Assembly: GCA_965204815.1 (NCBI GenBank) | Contig: OZ242014.1 | Span: forward strand, 615,170-679,169 | Direction of reading: 5' to 3' | Length of the DNA stretch: 64,000 nt | Source of the DNA: Dehalococcoidia bacterium | GTDB lineage: Bacteria; Chloroflexota; Dehalococcoidia; Lucifugimonadales; CATOSD01 | Part shown: positions 1 through 8,653 of the stretch, piece after piece | How the letters are laid out: the number at the start of each line of letters is the position of its first letter | Numbering within the stretch: position 1 is the first letter of the stretch | Made by a program: the position numbers and the translations under genes | The notes under the pieces: model-generated | What the model saw: the letters and a program-made list of their open reading frames with translations, nothing else | What the model was told of the DNA's origin: nothing | Database searches by the model: none

Positions 1-2
1 GG

Positions 3-3000
3 GATGATGCGCACGCCGACGGTCGAAAACGCGGCCCAGCCCAGGGCGCTGCTGCTCTCCACCCACGTCCAGGTGTTGGTGTTGCCCACCCGGTTCTGGA
101 TGCGGATCGGCAGCCGGATCGACTGGCCGTTGGCCGTCAGCTCCAGGGTCGTGCCGTTGAGGTCGACGGTTCCGCCGTGCTCCTCCACGGTCAGCGTGAC
201 GCGGCGAACGATCTCGGAGTGGCCGTACTGAGCGACGAACTCGACGCTGAGCTCCGTGATGTGGTAGCTGCGCAGTCCGTTGAACTTGGGCGCGTTGACC
301 GAGAAGCGGTTGCCGCCGAACACGACGGGGTCGCCGCAGTCGATGTCGCCGCCGCAGCCGGCCTTGCTGTCGCTGTTGTTGATGCCGCGCGCCCTCATCG
401 TCGGCTGCCACTCCGTCACGCTGGGACCGACCGGGGTCAGGTAGAGGCCCACGTCGACCACCTGGTCGTCCGCGTGCTCGTTCACGGCGATGCCGGTGTC
501 GGCCCACTCGACGGTGTCGAGGTTGTCAGTCCATACGCCGTCCCGGAGCGGGAACGAGCGCCCGTCGAAGACCAGCGTCAGGCTGTTGCGCAGGCTCTCC
601 GGGACAGCCTGCGTGAAACTCAGGACCAGGCTTCTCGGCACGTTTGCGCCCTGGAACGCGGTGTACAGAACGGAAATCCTGACGCCGCCGTACTGCCTGG
701 AGGCCCGCCAGTCGTTGTCCCCCCGGCTTTCCGTGTCGGTGGCGGACCAGCCGGGCGCGCCGGCGAAGTAGAACGTGTCCTGCGACAGCGTGGACGTGTC
801 GTTGCAGCGGTCGCCCGCAGCAAAGCTGAGGTTATAGCAGCCCATGAATGACCCGCCGCCGAGGTCCCGCATGACCAATATGGAGGTCCAGACGGTGTTC
901 CCGAGCTGCCCCGCCGCGCCGCCGCCGCCCGACGTGAGCACGAAAATGTAAGCTTCGGTTACCCCGGAGAGCGCCGTTACAGCCACATCGACCCTGGCCC
1001 CGCCGACCGGGATGGCGGCGCTGGGCGCGCCGCTGGCCGTCGCCACTGTGTTCACGGTGATCGTGGCGTCGGGGTGGTTCGCGGTGGGCGTGAACTTGAC
1101 ATGGGTCGCGCTGGGGGAGATCTCAATCGTGTAGCTGCGCGTGGCCGGGTCGAACTCCGGGGCCAGCTTCCCACTGCCGGGGAAGGTCGCGCCGCCGTCC
1201 GCGCTGAAGCTGAACGACAGTGCGCTCAGCGTCGTGTCGTTGGGGTTGACCCTCACCGCCACGGAGCCGATGGCGAGGTTGCTCGGGTACTTCGTGTCGC
1301 TGCTCGTGGCGGCGTGGGTGATCGTGGACGAGCCCCCGGACACGCCCGTCACCGTGAAGGTCTGCGGCATGTTCCAGTTGGTCGCCGTGAACGTGCGCGA
1401 GGCCGGCGCCACCGTCGCGTACGCCGGTGTGCCGCTCGTCGCCGCCACCGTGACGTTCGCGGTGGGCTGCGAGTCCAGCACCACCGTGTAGGTCGTCGTC
1501 GCTCCGTCCTGGACGTCGCGCGTGGTCTCGCTGACGGTCACCCCGGCGGTGTCGTCGTCGGTGATCGTGAGCGTCACGCCCGTGACGGTGAGGCCGCTCA
1601 CCGTGGTCGTGAGGATGACCGTCTCGTTGTCCTCGTCGATGGCGTCGTTGACTATCGTCACCGTGCCGGTGCCGGAGCTCTGGCCCACCGCAATCGTGAA
1701 GGCCGCCGGCAGCGAGTAGTCGTCCGTCCCCGCGGCCGTGCCGGTGGCCGTCAGCGTCACCGGGACCGCCGTCGTCGCCGGCCGGTTCAGCGTGGCCGTG
1801 ACCGTGACCGTCCCGCCGTTCTCGGCGATGGTGTTGCTCGCCGCATCCGTCGTCAGCGCCAGCGTCGAGGGAGGCTGCGGCGTGACCGTCACCACCACCG
1901 ACCCCACCGACAGGCTGCTCGGATAATTCGTGTCCGTGCTCGTCACCGAGTGCGAGATCGTGGACGAGCCCGCGGACACGCCCGTCACCGTGAAGGTCTG
2001 CGCCGTGTTCCAGTTCTGGGGCGTGAACGTCCGCGACGCCGGCGCCACCGTGGCGTTGGCCGTCGTGCCGCTGGTCGCCCCCACCACGACGTTCGCCGTG
2101 GGCTTCGAGTTCAACACCACCGTGTAGGTCGTCGTCATCGGCACCTCGACCGTGCGCGCGGTCTGGCTGACCGTCACCCCGGCGGTGTCGTCGTCGGTGA
2201 TCGTCAGCGTCACGGGCGTGACCGTGAGGCCGCTCACCGTGGTCGTGAGGATGACCGTCTCGTTGGCCTCGTCGATGTCGTCGTCGACGATGGTCACCGC
2301 GCCCGTGGCGAAGCTCTGGCCGGCGGCGATGGTGAAGGCCGAGGGCAGCGAGTAGTCCGCCGTGCCCGCCGTGCCGGTGGCCGTCAGCGTCACCGAGACG
2401 GCCGTCGTCGCCGGCCGGTTGAGGGTGGCCGTGACCGTCACTGTGCCGCCGCCCTCGGCGATGGTGTTGTCCCCCGCGGTCGTCGTCAGCGTCAGCGTCG
2501 TGGGCTCCGTGAGCGGCATGGACGCAAACATCGGCGAGACGGCCACGGAGGCCGTCACCGAGGCGATGGAGATGGCGTTGTAGGCCGTGTCGGTGCTCGT
2601 GGCGGCGTGCGTGATCGTGGACGAGCCCGCCGTCACGCCCGTGACCGTGACGGTCTGCGGCTGGTTCCAGTTGGTCGTCGTGAACGTCTTTGCCTGGTTG
2701 GTGACGGTGGCCACGCCCGTCGTGCCGCTGGTGGGCGTGACGACGACGTTCGCCGTGGGCGCCTTGTTGAGCTTGATCGTGTAGGTCGTCGTCGAGCCTG
2801 TGACCACGCTGGCGAACGTCTTGCTGACCGTCACCCCCGCGGCGGGCGTGGCGGTGGGCGTGCCCGACTCCGAGCCGGACCAGAGGCCCCAGCCGTTGCC
2901 GCTCCCCGTCTGGCCGTCCGTCGCCCGTACCACCACGCGGTAGGACGTCCCGTTCGTCAGCCCCGTGATCTCGGCCGTGCCGGTCGTGCCCGAGGGCGTG

Positions 3001-5429
3001 ATCGTGACCCAGCCCGTGGACGGGTCGCCCGCCGTGGTCGCGGTCTGGTTGGCCGCCGTCGCCGCCCTGTAGCGCAGCTCGTAGCCCGTCACCGGACCCA
3101 CCGGCTTCGACCACGACGCCGTCAGCTTCCCCGACCCCGCCGTCAGCGACAGGCCCGAGGGCGCCGCCGGCGGGTCGTTGTCCGTGATGGTGATTACGAT
3201 AGTGGCGGGCGTGCCGACCGTGTAGCCCGTGCCCGCGTCGAACGTGATCTTGAACGTCTCGTCTTCCTCGTTCACCGAGTCGTCGGCGGTCGGGATCTGT
3301 GGCATGTTCAAGTAGGTAGCGCCGGCGCTCGCCGAGAAGGTCGTGGGATAGCCCGTTTGCAGGTCCGCGCTCAGGCTGGCCGGGTTGGTGTCCCCGGCCG
3401 CATAGGTCAGCGTGCCGCTGATGGCGGCCTGGGTCCCGGTTTGGATTCGCTGACCAAAAGAGGACCCTTCCGAAACGACATTTGTCGCCAGATTCCAGTG
3501 GAGCGCGAGCACCGGCGTCCCGGTCCCGAACGCCCAGGCGCCGTTGACGCTGCCGTTCACGCCCCGCACGCGCCACCGGTAGGTGCGGCCGTTGTCCAGG
3601 CTTGAGAGCGTCTGCGACGCCGTGGGCGGCGACGTCTCCGAGCCGCGCGTGGCCGCGACCCAGGCCGTAGCCGGATTGCTGCCCGAGGCCGCCGCGTCGT
3701 TGGCCACCATCCCCGTGCCCGTCGACGGGGCATAGGTGTAGTGCACGTGGTAGCCGGTCAGTGTCCCGGCAGGCGCGGTCCAGCTCAACGCAAGCGAACG
3801 TTCACCCGCGTCGGCGGACAGCGCCGTGGGCGCGGCCGCCGAAACCGTCACCATCACGGAGCCGATGGAGAGGCTGCTCGGGTACTTCGTGTCCGTGCTC
3901 GTCACGGCGTGGGTGATCGTGGATGAGCCCGAGGCCACGCCCGTGACCGTGAAACTCTGCGCCGTGTCCCAGTTGGCCGGCGTGAACGTGCGCGAGGCCG
4001 GCGCCACCGTGGCGTTGGCCGTCGTGCCGCTGGTCGGCGTGATGGTGACGTTGGCCGTGGGCTTGGAGTCCAGCACCACCGTGTAGGTCGTCGTCGAGGC
4101 CGCCTGGACCGAGCGCGCGGTCTGGCTGACCGTCACCCCGGCAGTGTCGTCGTCGGTGATGGTGAGCGTCACGGGGGTGACCGTGAGGCCGCTCACCGTG
4201 GTCGAGAGGATGACCGTCTCGTTCTCCTCGTCGATGTCGTCGTCGACGATGCTCACCGTGCCCGTGGCGGAGGTGGAGCCGATGGGGATCGTGAAGGCCG
4301 AAGGCAGCGAGTAGTCCGCCGTGGCCGTGGCGGTGCCAGTCGCCGTCAGCGTCACCGAGACGGCCGTCGTGGCGGCGCGGTTGAGGGTGGCCGTCACCGT
4401 GACGTTGCCGCCGTCCTCGGCGATGGTGTTGCTCGCCGCGTTGGTGGTGAGCGTCAGCGTGGTGGGCGGCTGCGCCGTCATCTTCTGCCGCGCGCCGCCG
4501 TTGACCTGGATCTGCCGCACACGTGAGGAGCTGGTCCACGTGGACCCCGACGGCGACGCCGAGTTCTGCCAGCGGGCAGTGTCCGCGATGGTCCAGCCGT
4601 CCGCCTCCCCGGAATCCTGCGCAGTGGACGCCGTCCAGTCGATATTGAGCTGGCCGCTGTGGGTGTTGCTCGCGTCGTAGATTACGAAGTGGTAGGTGGT
4701 GCTTGCGGCAAGGTGGGTGCCCGCGGGCGCAGTGAAGGTGACGATGTTCCTGCCCGTCCCAATGGACGATGGGGTCGTCAAGTCTCTGAGCTTGGCGTTG
4801 GGCGAGCCGTTGTTGTCCGACCACAGCTCTCCGCTTACGGTCGAGAGACTGGGGTTGCCGGTGATTTGGACTAGGGCGACCCCGATGCTGGTCAGCGTGT
4901 ACCCGTCGCTGTTGGCTCCCGTCCTGAACGCCTGGGCGTGCGTAAACTGGAAGCCGCCCTTGGGACTGGCGATGGGCGTCTGCCCCGTGTTGCTCACCAG
5001 CGTGGACGGCGCGAGGACCTTAGCCGTGACGGAGGGCAGCGTGATGCCGCTGTAGTTGGTGTCGCTGCTGGCGGACGCGTGGGTGATGGTGGACGTTCCC
5101 GCCGTCACGCCGGTGATGGTGACCTCCTGCGCGTCGTTCCAGTTCGTCGTGGTGAAGGTGAGCGCGCCGGAGACCGTCGCCACGCCCGTCGTCCCGCTGG
5201 TGGGCGTGATGGTCACGCTCGCCGTGGGCTGCGTGTTGAGCTTGACCTCGTACACCTCCGTGGAGCCGGCAATGACGCCCACGCCGGTGCTGCTGAGGGT
5301 GATGCTGGCGGTGGGGGTCTGCGCCTGGGCGGCCGGCGCGTCGCGGACGGTGAAAACCGCCATCACAACGAGCGCGGCGGCCAGGAGGAGGAATGGAGAG
5401 CGCCGAGGGATGCCAATGGCCCGGGTCAT
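3..5429 (-). CDS. Giant secreted repeat (adhesin-like) protein, partial: C-terminus lies beyond the window start. Signal peptide, then alternating Calx-beta-like, Ig-like, FN3 and cadherin-like beta-sandwich domains, then two copies of an unassigned ~130-150 aa domain
   Basis: The minus frame (codon starts = 2 mod 3) is open from ATG 5429 to the window edge. It is absent from the ORF track because no stop lies in-window. RBS GGGAGG sits 6 nt upstream. Hand translation gives MTRAIGIPRRSPFLLLAAALVVMAVFTVRDAPAAQAQ as the signal peptide. Further segments: TTTYTVVLDSQPTANVTVAATSG..FTATNWNMPQTFTV (Ig-like); VTLTATGTAAGTDDYSLPAAFTIAVGQSSGTGTVTIVNDAIDEDNET (Calx-beta-like); ITDNDPPAAPSGLSLTAGSGKLTASWSKPVGPVTGYELRYR (FN3); LSALSFSFSADGGATFPGSGKLAPEFDPATRSYTIEISPSATHVKFTPTA (cadherin-like beta-sandwich). 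The same frame was confirmed at 5429, 3200-3030, 1760-1350, 1259-1081 and 899-3. Confidence 0.85.
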   Translation of the reverse strand, partial: MTRAIGIPRRSPFLLLAAALVVMAVFTVRDAPAAQAQTPTASITLSSTGVGVIAGSTEVYEVKLNTQPTASVTITPTSGTTGVATVSGALTFTTTNWNDAQEVTITGVTAGTSTITHASASSDTNYSGITLPSVTAKVLAPSTLVSNTGQTPIASPKGGFQFTHAQAFRTGANSDGYTLTSIGVALVQITGNPSLSTVSGELWSDNNGSPNAKLRDLTTPSSIGTGRNIVTFTAPAGTHLAASTTYHFVIYDASNTHSGQLNIDWTASTAQDSGEADGWTIADTARWQNSASPSGSTWTSSSRVRQIQVNGGARQKMTAQPPTTLTLTTNAASNTIAEDGGNVTVTATLNRAATTAVSVTLTATGTATATADYSLPSAFTIPIGSTSATGTVSIVDDDIDEENETVILSTTVSGLTVTPVTLTITDDDTAGVTVSQTARSVQAASTTTYTVVLDSKPTANVTITPTSGTTANATVAPASRTFTPANWDTAQSFTVTGVASGSSTITHAVTSTDTKYPSSLSIGSVMVTVSAAAPTALSADAGERSLALSWTAPAGTLTGYHVHYTYAPSTGTGMVANDAAASGSNPATAWVAATRGSETSPPTASQTLSSLDNGRTYRWRVRGVNGSVNGAWAFGTGTPVLALHWNLATNVVSEGSSFGQRIQTGTQAAISGTLTYAAGDTNPASLSADLQTGYPTTFSASAGATYLNMPQIPTADDSVNEEDETFKITFDAGTGYTVGTPATIVITITDNDPPAAPSGLSLTAGSGKLTASWSKPVGPVTGYELRYRAATAANQTATTAGDPSTGWVTITPSGTTGTAEITGLTNGTSYRVVVRATDGQTGSGNGWGLWSGSESGTPTATPAAGVTVSKTFASVVTGSTTTYTIKLNKAPTANVVVTPTSGTTGVATVTNQAKTFTTTNWNQPQTVTVTGVTAGSSTITHAATSTDTAYNAISIASVTASVAVSPMFASMPLTEPTTLTLTTTAGDNTIAEGGGTVTVTATLNRPATTAVSVTLTATGTAGTADYSLPSAFTIAAGQSFATGAVTIVDDDIDEANETVILTTTVSGLTVTPVTLTITDDDTAGVTVSQTARTVEVPMTTTYTVVLNSKPTANVVVGATSGTTANATVAPASRTFTPQNWNTAQTFTVTGVSAGSSTISHSVTSTDTNYPSSLSVGSVVVTVTPQPPSTLALTTDAASNTIAENGGTVTVTATLNRPATTAVPVTLTATGTAAGTDDYSLPAAFTIAVGQSSGTGTVTIVNDAIDEDNETVILTTTVSGLTVTGVTLTITDDDTAGVTVSETTRDVQDGATTTYTVVLDSQPTANVTVAATSGTPAYATVAPASRTFTATNWNMPQTFTVTGVSGGSSTITHAATSSDTKYPSNLAIGSVAVRVNPNDTTLSALSFSFSADGGATFPGSGKLAPEFDPATRSYTIEISPSATHVKFTPTANHPDATITVNTVATASGAPSAAIPVGGARVDVAVTALSGVTEAYIFVLTSGGGGAAGQLGNTVWTSILVMRDLGGGSFMGCYNLSFAAGDRCNDTSTLSQDTFYFAGAPGWSATDTESRGDNDWRASRQYGGVRISVLYTAFQGANVPRSLVLSFTQAVPESLRNSLTLVFDGRSFPLRDGVWTDNLDTVEWADTGIAVNEHADDQVVDVGLYLTPVGPSVTEWQPTMRARGINNSDSKAGCGGDIDCGDPVVFGGNRFSVNAPKFNGLRSYHITELSVEFVAQYGHSEIVRRVTLTVEEHGGTVDLNGTTLELTANGQSIRLPIRIQNRVGNTNTWTWVESSSALGWAAFSTVGVRII
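1141..2790 (-). repeat. Tandem ~640-660 bp coding super-repeats (Calx-beta plus Ig-like unit) inside the giant protein gene; further diverged copies near 3826-4680 and 5056-5270
   Basis: Near-identical shadow ORF peptides recur with ends at 1491, 2127, 2784, 4086 and ~5250, for example ..VIVDEPxxTPVTVKVCxxFQ..VNVRxAGATVA.. Confidence 0.8.
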
Positions 5430-5842
5430 GCCGGGCCTCCCGCGGGTTGCAGAGTATTGAAGCGGTGGAGGACTAGAACGCAGGTTCTGGGGGGGGGGTA
5501 ACGGGCATGACCGCCCTCAAAAGGCGGCGCACCCTGCTGCTGCTATCATTGAACATGGCTGTCATGCCTCCTCATTGCCGGCGTTCCGATTCATCGGTCG
5601 GGATGGACTCGCCGACCCCGGCGGAGCGGTTGGTTGCATCTCCCGTGCCTGGGTGCGGCGGCGGCCCGCGTCGCCCCTCGGAGCGGGGACACACAAACCC
5701 ATCTAAACTCTACCAAACTACCTGTAGCCTCAGCGTATCTTTCAAGGGTTCTTTTGTGTACTATGGTGTAACATGCTGGAGGATTCCTGATGTTGCCGGG
5801 GCCGTGACCAGGCACAACTGCGTACAGGTCGGGAAGGAGGGT
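5333..5842. repeat. Copy 1 of a ~0.5 kb duplicated segment: signal-peptide codons of the secreted protein plus a divergent regulatory region
   Basis: Aligns by eye with 8541-9052. 5689-5778 is identical to 8898-8987 and 5781-5840 is identical to 8990-9049. The distal half differs by substitutions and indels. In copy 1 homology ends at the RBS/GTG, which is followed by only a 12-codon ORF (GTG 5846). Confidence 0.85.
5489..5498. repeat. G10 homopolymer (C10 on the minus strand), 60 nt upstream of the giant-protein ATG
   Basis: Direct count in ..caggttctGGGGGGGGGGtaacgggcatg.. The paralogous position in copy 2 has G16. Confidence 0.9.
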
Positions 5843-5967
5843 TGGGTGACGCCGAGGACTGCCGCGAGCTGCTCAACAGGCTAGCGAGGGAGACGGGCTG
5901 GATCGCGGGCCGGACTAGGGACCGCCCATGTATGTCGCCCTTTTTGCGTTTCCGGCCCCGCGCCGCC

Positions 5968-6213
5968 TCATTCTGTGAAGATGCGGGCGAGGCCCAACCC
6001 CTGGGCCAACTCAAGCAGGGCCATCATGTGCTCCGTGTTGGGACGGCCCCGGCCCTCTTTCCAACGCCAAACGGTGTAGCGGTATGTGCCAATGCGCCGG
6101 GCGATCTCCGACCATGACAGGCCGGATTCCACCTGAAACCGTTTCAGGCGCTCCGGGAAGTCTTCGGGGAAATTGTAGGTTGGTATGTTGTAGTCAATTC
6201 GCTGTCTCGGCAT
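5968..6213 (-). CDS. Small helix-turn-helix DNA-binding protein (81 aa)
   Basis: ORF-track peptide contains ..ESGLSWSEIARRIGTYRYTVWRWKEGRGRPNTEHMMALLELA.., a typical HTH of the transposase/terminase-associated type. It occupies the place where copy 2 carries its regulator gene. Confidence 0.6.
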   Translation of the reverse strand: MPRQRIDYNIPTYNFPEDFPERLKRFQVESGLSWSEIARRIGTYRYTVWRWKEGRGRPNTEHMMALLELAQGLGLARIFTE

Positions 6214-6353
6214 CGAGCCGGTCCGTTACCAGGATTCATCAGTGGCTACCCCTGTACGGGAGAGGCTGCACCCCGGACCTCTCCATCTGTGCGGCCTCTT
6301 TTGCGTTTCGGAGCGGCGCGTACCGACCGACCTCTGGCTCGCTGCTATCGGCC

Positions 6354-7373
6354 CTACTCCCCGCGGCTCCAGCCGGAGCCGAACAGGTAGCCGTCGTACT
6401 CCGCCACGAAGACCCGCAGCGACTCCGACTCCACCCAGACGCCGGACTCGGTGGCCTCGAACGTCTCATCGCCGAACAGGTCTTGGACGTCCCCGCCGAT
6501 CTTCGTGATGTCGGAGTGGCCCACGATCTTGCCGTCCGGGCCGCCGATGAAGGCGAACCAGTGGCCGTCGATGGTCTCGGCGGCGTTGTAGTAGTCGACG
6601 GCGGCGTCCAGTCCCGCCAGGGCGCTTCCCGGACTGGCGAAGTAGGTCATGGTCCCCGTCAGCCCAACGTCGCGGTACTTGTCCACCGCGACGGACACCA
6701 GTTGCTTGGTGAAGGCGTCGGCGTCGATGTACCAGCCGGAGGCGAAGAGCAGCCCGTCGCGGCGCTCCACCCACACGTTCTTCAGCTCGAAGTCGCCGGA
6801 GCCGATGCCTCCGCTCTCCGGGTTGCGGTACACGTAGGACACCCACGCGCCGTCCTCCGTGGCGGCAAGCATCGCGGGCCCGAACTCGTAGCCGTTGGCG
6901 TCGGTGCCCACCCAGCCATTCAGGTCCAGGCCCAGGCGGCCCGGGTCCGGGTGGGCGATGAACTGGTCGTGCTCGTCGATGATGAACACGTACCACTGGC
7001 CGTCCACGCTATCCTCGCGGTTGTAGTGCGCCACCGTGGCGTCGAGGCCCTGGCTCTCGTAGCGGGCGATGGCGCTCTCGACGACGTACTGGGTGTACTC
7101 GGCGGGGGCGGACTTGGAAGGTATACCGGCGATGGCGGCCCGGACGATGGCCTCGACCTCGGCGCGGGTCAGGCCCTGCTGCGCGGGCATGGCCGCCGTG
7201 TCGTCGTTGCTGATGGACCCCGCTGACTGCGCTTCGTCGGGCAGGTCGGCCATCTCCGCCCGCACGATCTCCTCCACCTCTGCGCGGGTCAGTCCCGCGT
7301 CGCCGTCCCCACAGGCGGCGAGCAGCGTTGAGGCGAAGAGCAGGAAACCGGCTATGGCAATGGCGCGCTGCAT
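6354..7373 (-). CDS. Extracytoplasmic lipoprotein with two Cache-like (PDC fold) sensor domains and no output domain
   Basis: Lipobox FASTLLAAC. Two repeats of the pattern DGxWYVFIIDEHDQFIAHPD / DGHWFAFIGGPDGKIVGHSD, each followed by a ..Y(V/I)..GW tail, as is typical of Cache domains. Confidence 0.65.
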   Translation of the reverse strand: MQRAIAIAGFLLFASTLLAACGDGDAGLTRAEVEEIVRAEMADLPDEAQSAGSISNDDTAAMPAQQGLTRAEVEAIVRAAIAGIPSKSAPAEYTQYVVESAIARYESQGLDATVAHYNREDSVDGQWYVFIIDEHDQFIAHPDPGRLGLDLNGWVGTDANGYEFGPAMLAATEDGAWVSYVYRNPESGGIGSGDFELKNVWVERRDGLLFASGWYIDADAFTKQLVSVAVDKYRDVGLTGTMTYFASPGSALAGLDAAVDYYNAAETIDGHWFAFIGGPDGKIVGHSDITKIGGDVQDLFGDETFEATESGVWVESESLRVFVAEYDGYLFGSGWSRGE

Positions 7374-7384
7374 CTTTCCCCCCT

Positions 7385-8653
7385 CTAGCCGCCGCCGACG
7401 CAGGCGTTGCCCCCGTCATTGTCTTGTATGGCGAACGTGAACTTCTCGTGTACCGCCCGGTCCGTGCCCGGCCACATGGTCATGGCCAGGATTATGGTCT
7501 CGCAGCCCTCCTCCTCGCTATCGTCAATCGGCTTGACCGGCGTTGAGGCCGTCGTGGTGCCGGCGGCGAACGTGGGAAGACTGATGCGCTGGTAATCAGA
7601 AGAGTCGGCGGTGCCGCCCCGCCTCCATTGCAGCGAGGTCTCCTCCGTCACAGGCTTGCTCAGGGTCAGGGTGAGACAGCCGACGTTGGGCAGCCTCAGA
7701 TTGACCGTGTCGCCGGCCGACCAGTTCAAACCAAAGCCCGCGCCACTGATCTCGGTCAGGGTTAGCGTGCTGTCCGAGTCGGTGAGCGCCACGTCCACAC
7801 CGGCCCCGGCTATACCGTCATCCGCAAGGCGGATCCTGGCATTGCCGGCGTACAGCGTGAGGCACGATTGGAGGTTTTGCGGAATCGCCTTGTCCAGCTT
7901 CAGCGTGAGCCTTTCCGGGTACGTGGTGATGTAGGAGATGGCTTCGACCCAATACCTGACCCCGTCAAACGTGAAGTCTCTGCGCGTGAGCGCGCTCCTG
8001 CAACGGGCGCTGGAATTGCTGTTGCTGTCGTCGCAGCCAACTTTTGCCGGGGCAGTCGTGCTCAGGTCCTGCACCGTCAGGGTGGGCGACCAGAGATCAT
8101 GGGCGCTGTTCGTCTCCCAGTCCTCTTTGACCGGCTCATCAGGGGAAAAGGATGCGGTCAGCGTCTGGACTGGCTCGGTTAGCCTCACCTGCACCGTTTG
8201 GCCGGCCGTCAAGCTCAGACCGGGGTTATTCCAGGATATTTGGTTATTGGTGCCAGCAAGACTGTTGCGAGTGCCCTCAGCGAGGGCGAACTGTCTGTCG
8301 CCGACATACAGTGTCAGCGCCGACTTGAGGTTGTTCGGGATCGTTTTGTCGAGTGTGAATAAGAGTGGACTGCCACCGGGCTGCGTCATGATTGTCTTGA
8401 CCACATAACTCTGCCCCGAGTATGTGAAGGAAGTGTGCTGGAGTGATCCGATGGCACCGTCCCAGAAACCGCGAATACCAGCGACTGTTCCCCCCACCGT
8501 AATCGTGCTTGACCAGATTTCCCTGGTGCTGCCGTCGCTGGACTGAGCCTGGGCGCGCGGTGCCTGGTTGACAAAGAAGACCGCCAGCGCAACGAGCGCG
8601 GCGGCCAGGAGGAGGAGCGGGGAGAGGCGTGAGAGGCGGAGTACCCGAGTCAT
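7385..8653 (-). CDS. Secreted 422-aa protein: signal peptide, two copies of the unassigned ~130-aa domain, C-terminal Calx-beta-like domain
   Basis: The N-terminus MTRVLRLSRLSPLLLLAAALVALAVFFVNQAPRAQAQ is paralogous to the giant protein signal peptide. Internal repeats run WSSTITVGG..FTYSGQSYVVKTI..LFTLDKTIPNNLKSALTLYVGDRQFAL..ISWNNPGLSLTAGQTVQVRL and WSPTLTVQD..FTFDGVRYWVEAI..LTLKLDKAIPQNLQSCLTLYAGNARIRL..LNWSAGDTVNLRL. The C-terminus ..GTADSSDYQ..IDDSEEEGCETI..FAIQDND is Calx-beta-like. RBS GGGAGG sits 6 nt upstream. Confidence 0.8.
   Translation of the reverse strand: MTRVLRLSRLSPLLLLAAALVALAVFFVNQAPRAQAQSSDGSTREIWSSTITVGGTVAGIRGFWDGAIGSLQHTSFTYSGQSYVVKTIMTQPGGSPLLFTLDKTIPNNLKSALTLYVGDRQFALAEGTRNSLAGTNNQISWNNPGLSLTAGQTVQVRLTEPVQTLTASFSPDEPVKEDWETNSAHDLWSPTLTVQDLSTTAPAKVGCDDSNSNSSARCRSALTRRDFTFDGVRYWVEAISYITTYPERLTLKLDKAIPQNLQSCLTLYAGNARIRLADDGIAGAGVDVALTDSDSTLTLTEISGAGFGLNWSAGDTVNLRLPNVGCLTLTLSKPVTEETSLQWRRGGTADSSDYQRISLPTFAAGTTTASTPVKPIDDSEEEGCETIILAMTMWPGTDRAVHEKFTFAIQDNDGGNACVGGG

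Noticed and set aside
1074-3605. Very long ORFs 1074..3605 (+, 843 aa), 1123..3576 (-, 817 aa) and 3802..4824 (-, 340 aa).
   Set aside because: Their Arg/His/Gly/Asp-rich low-complexity translations are typical of off-frame shadows in high-GC DNA. The third minus frame gives a coherent multi-domain secreted protein across the same region.
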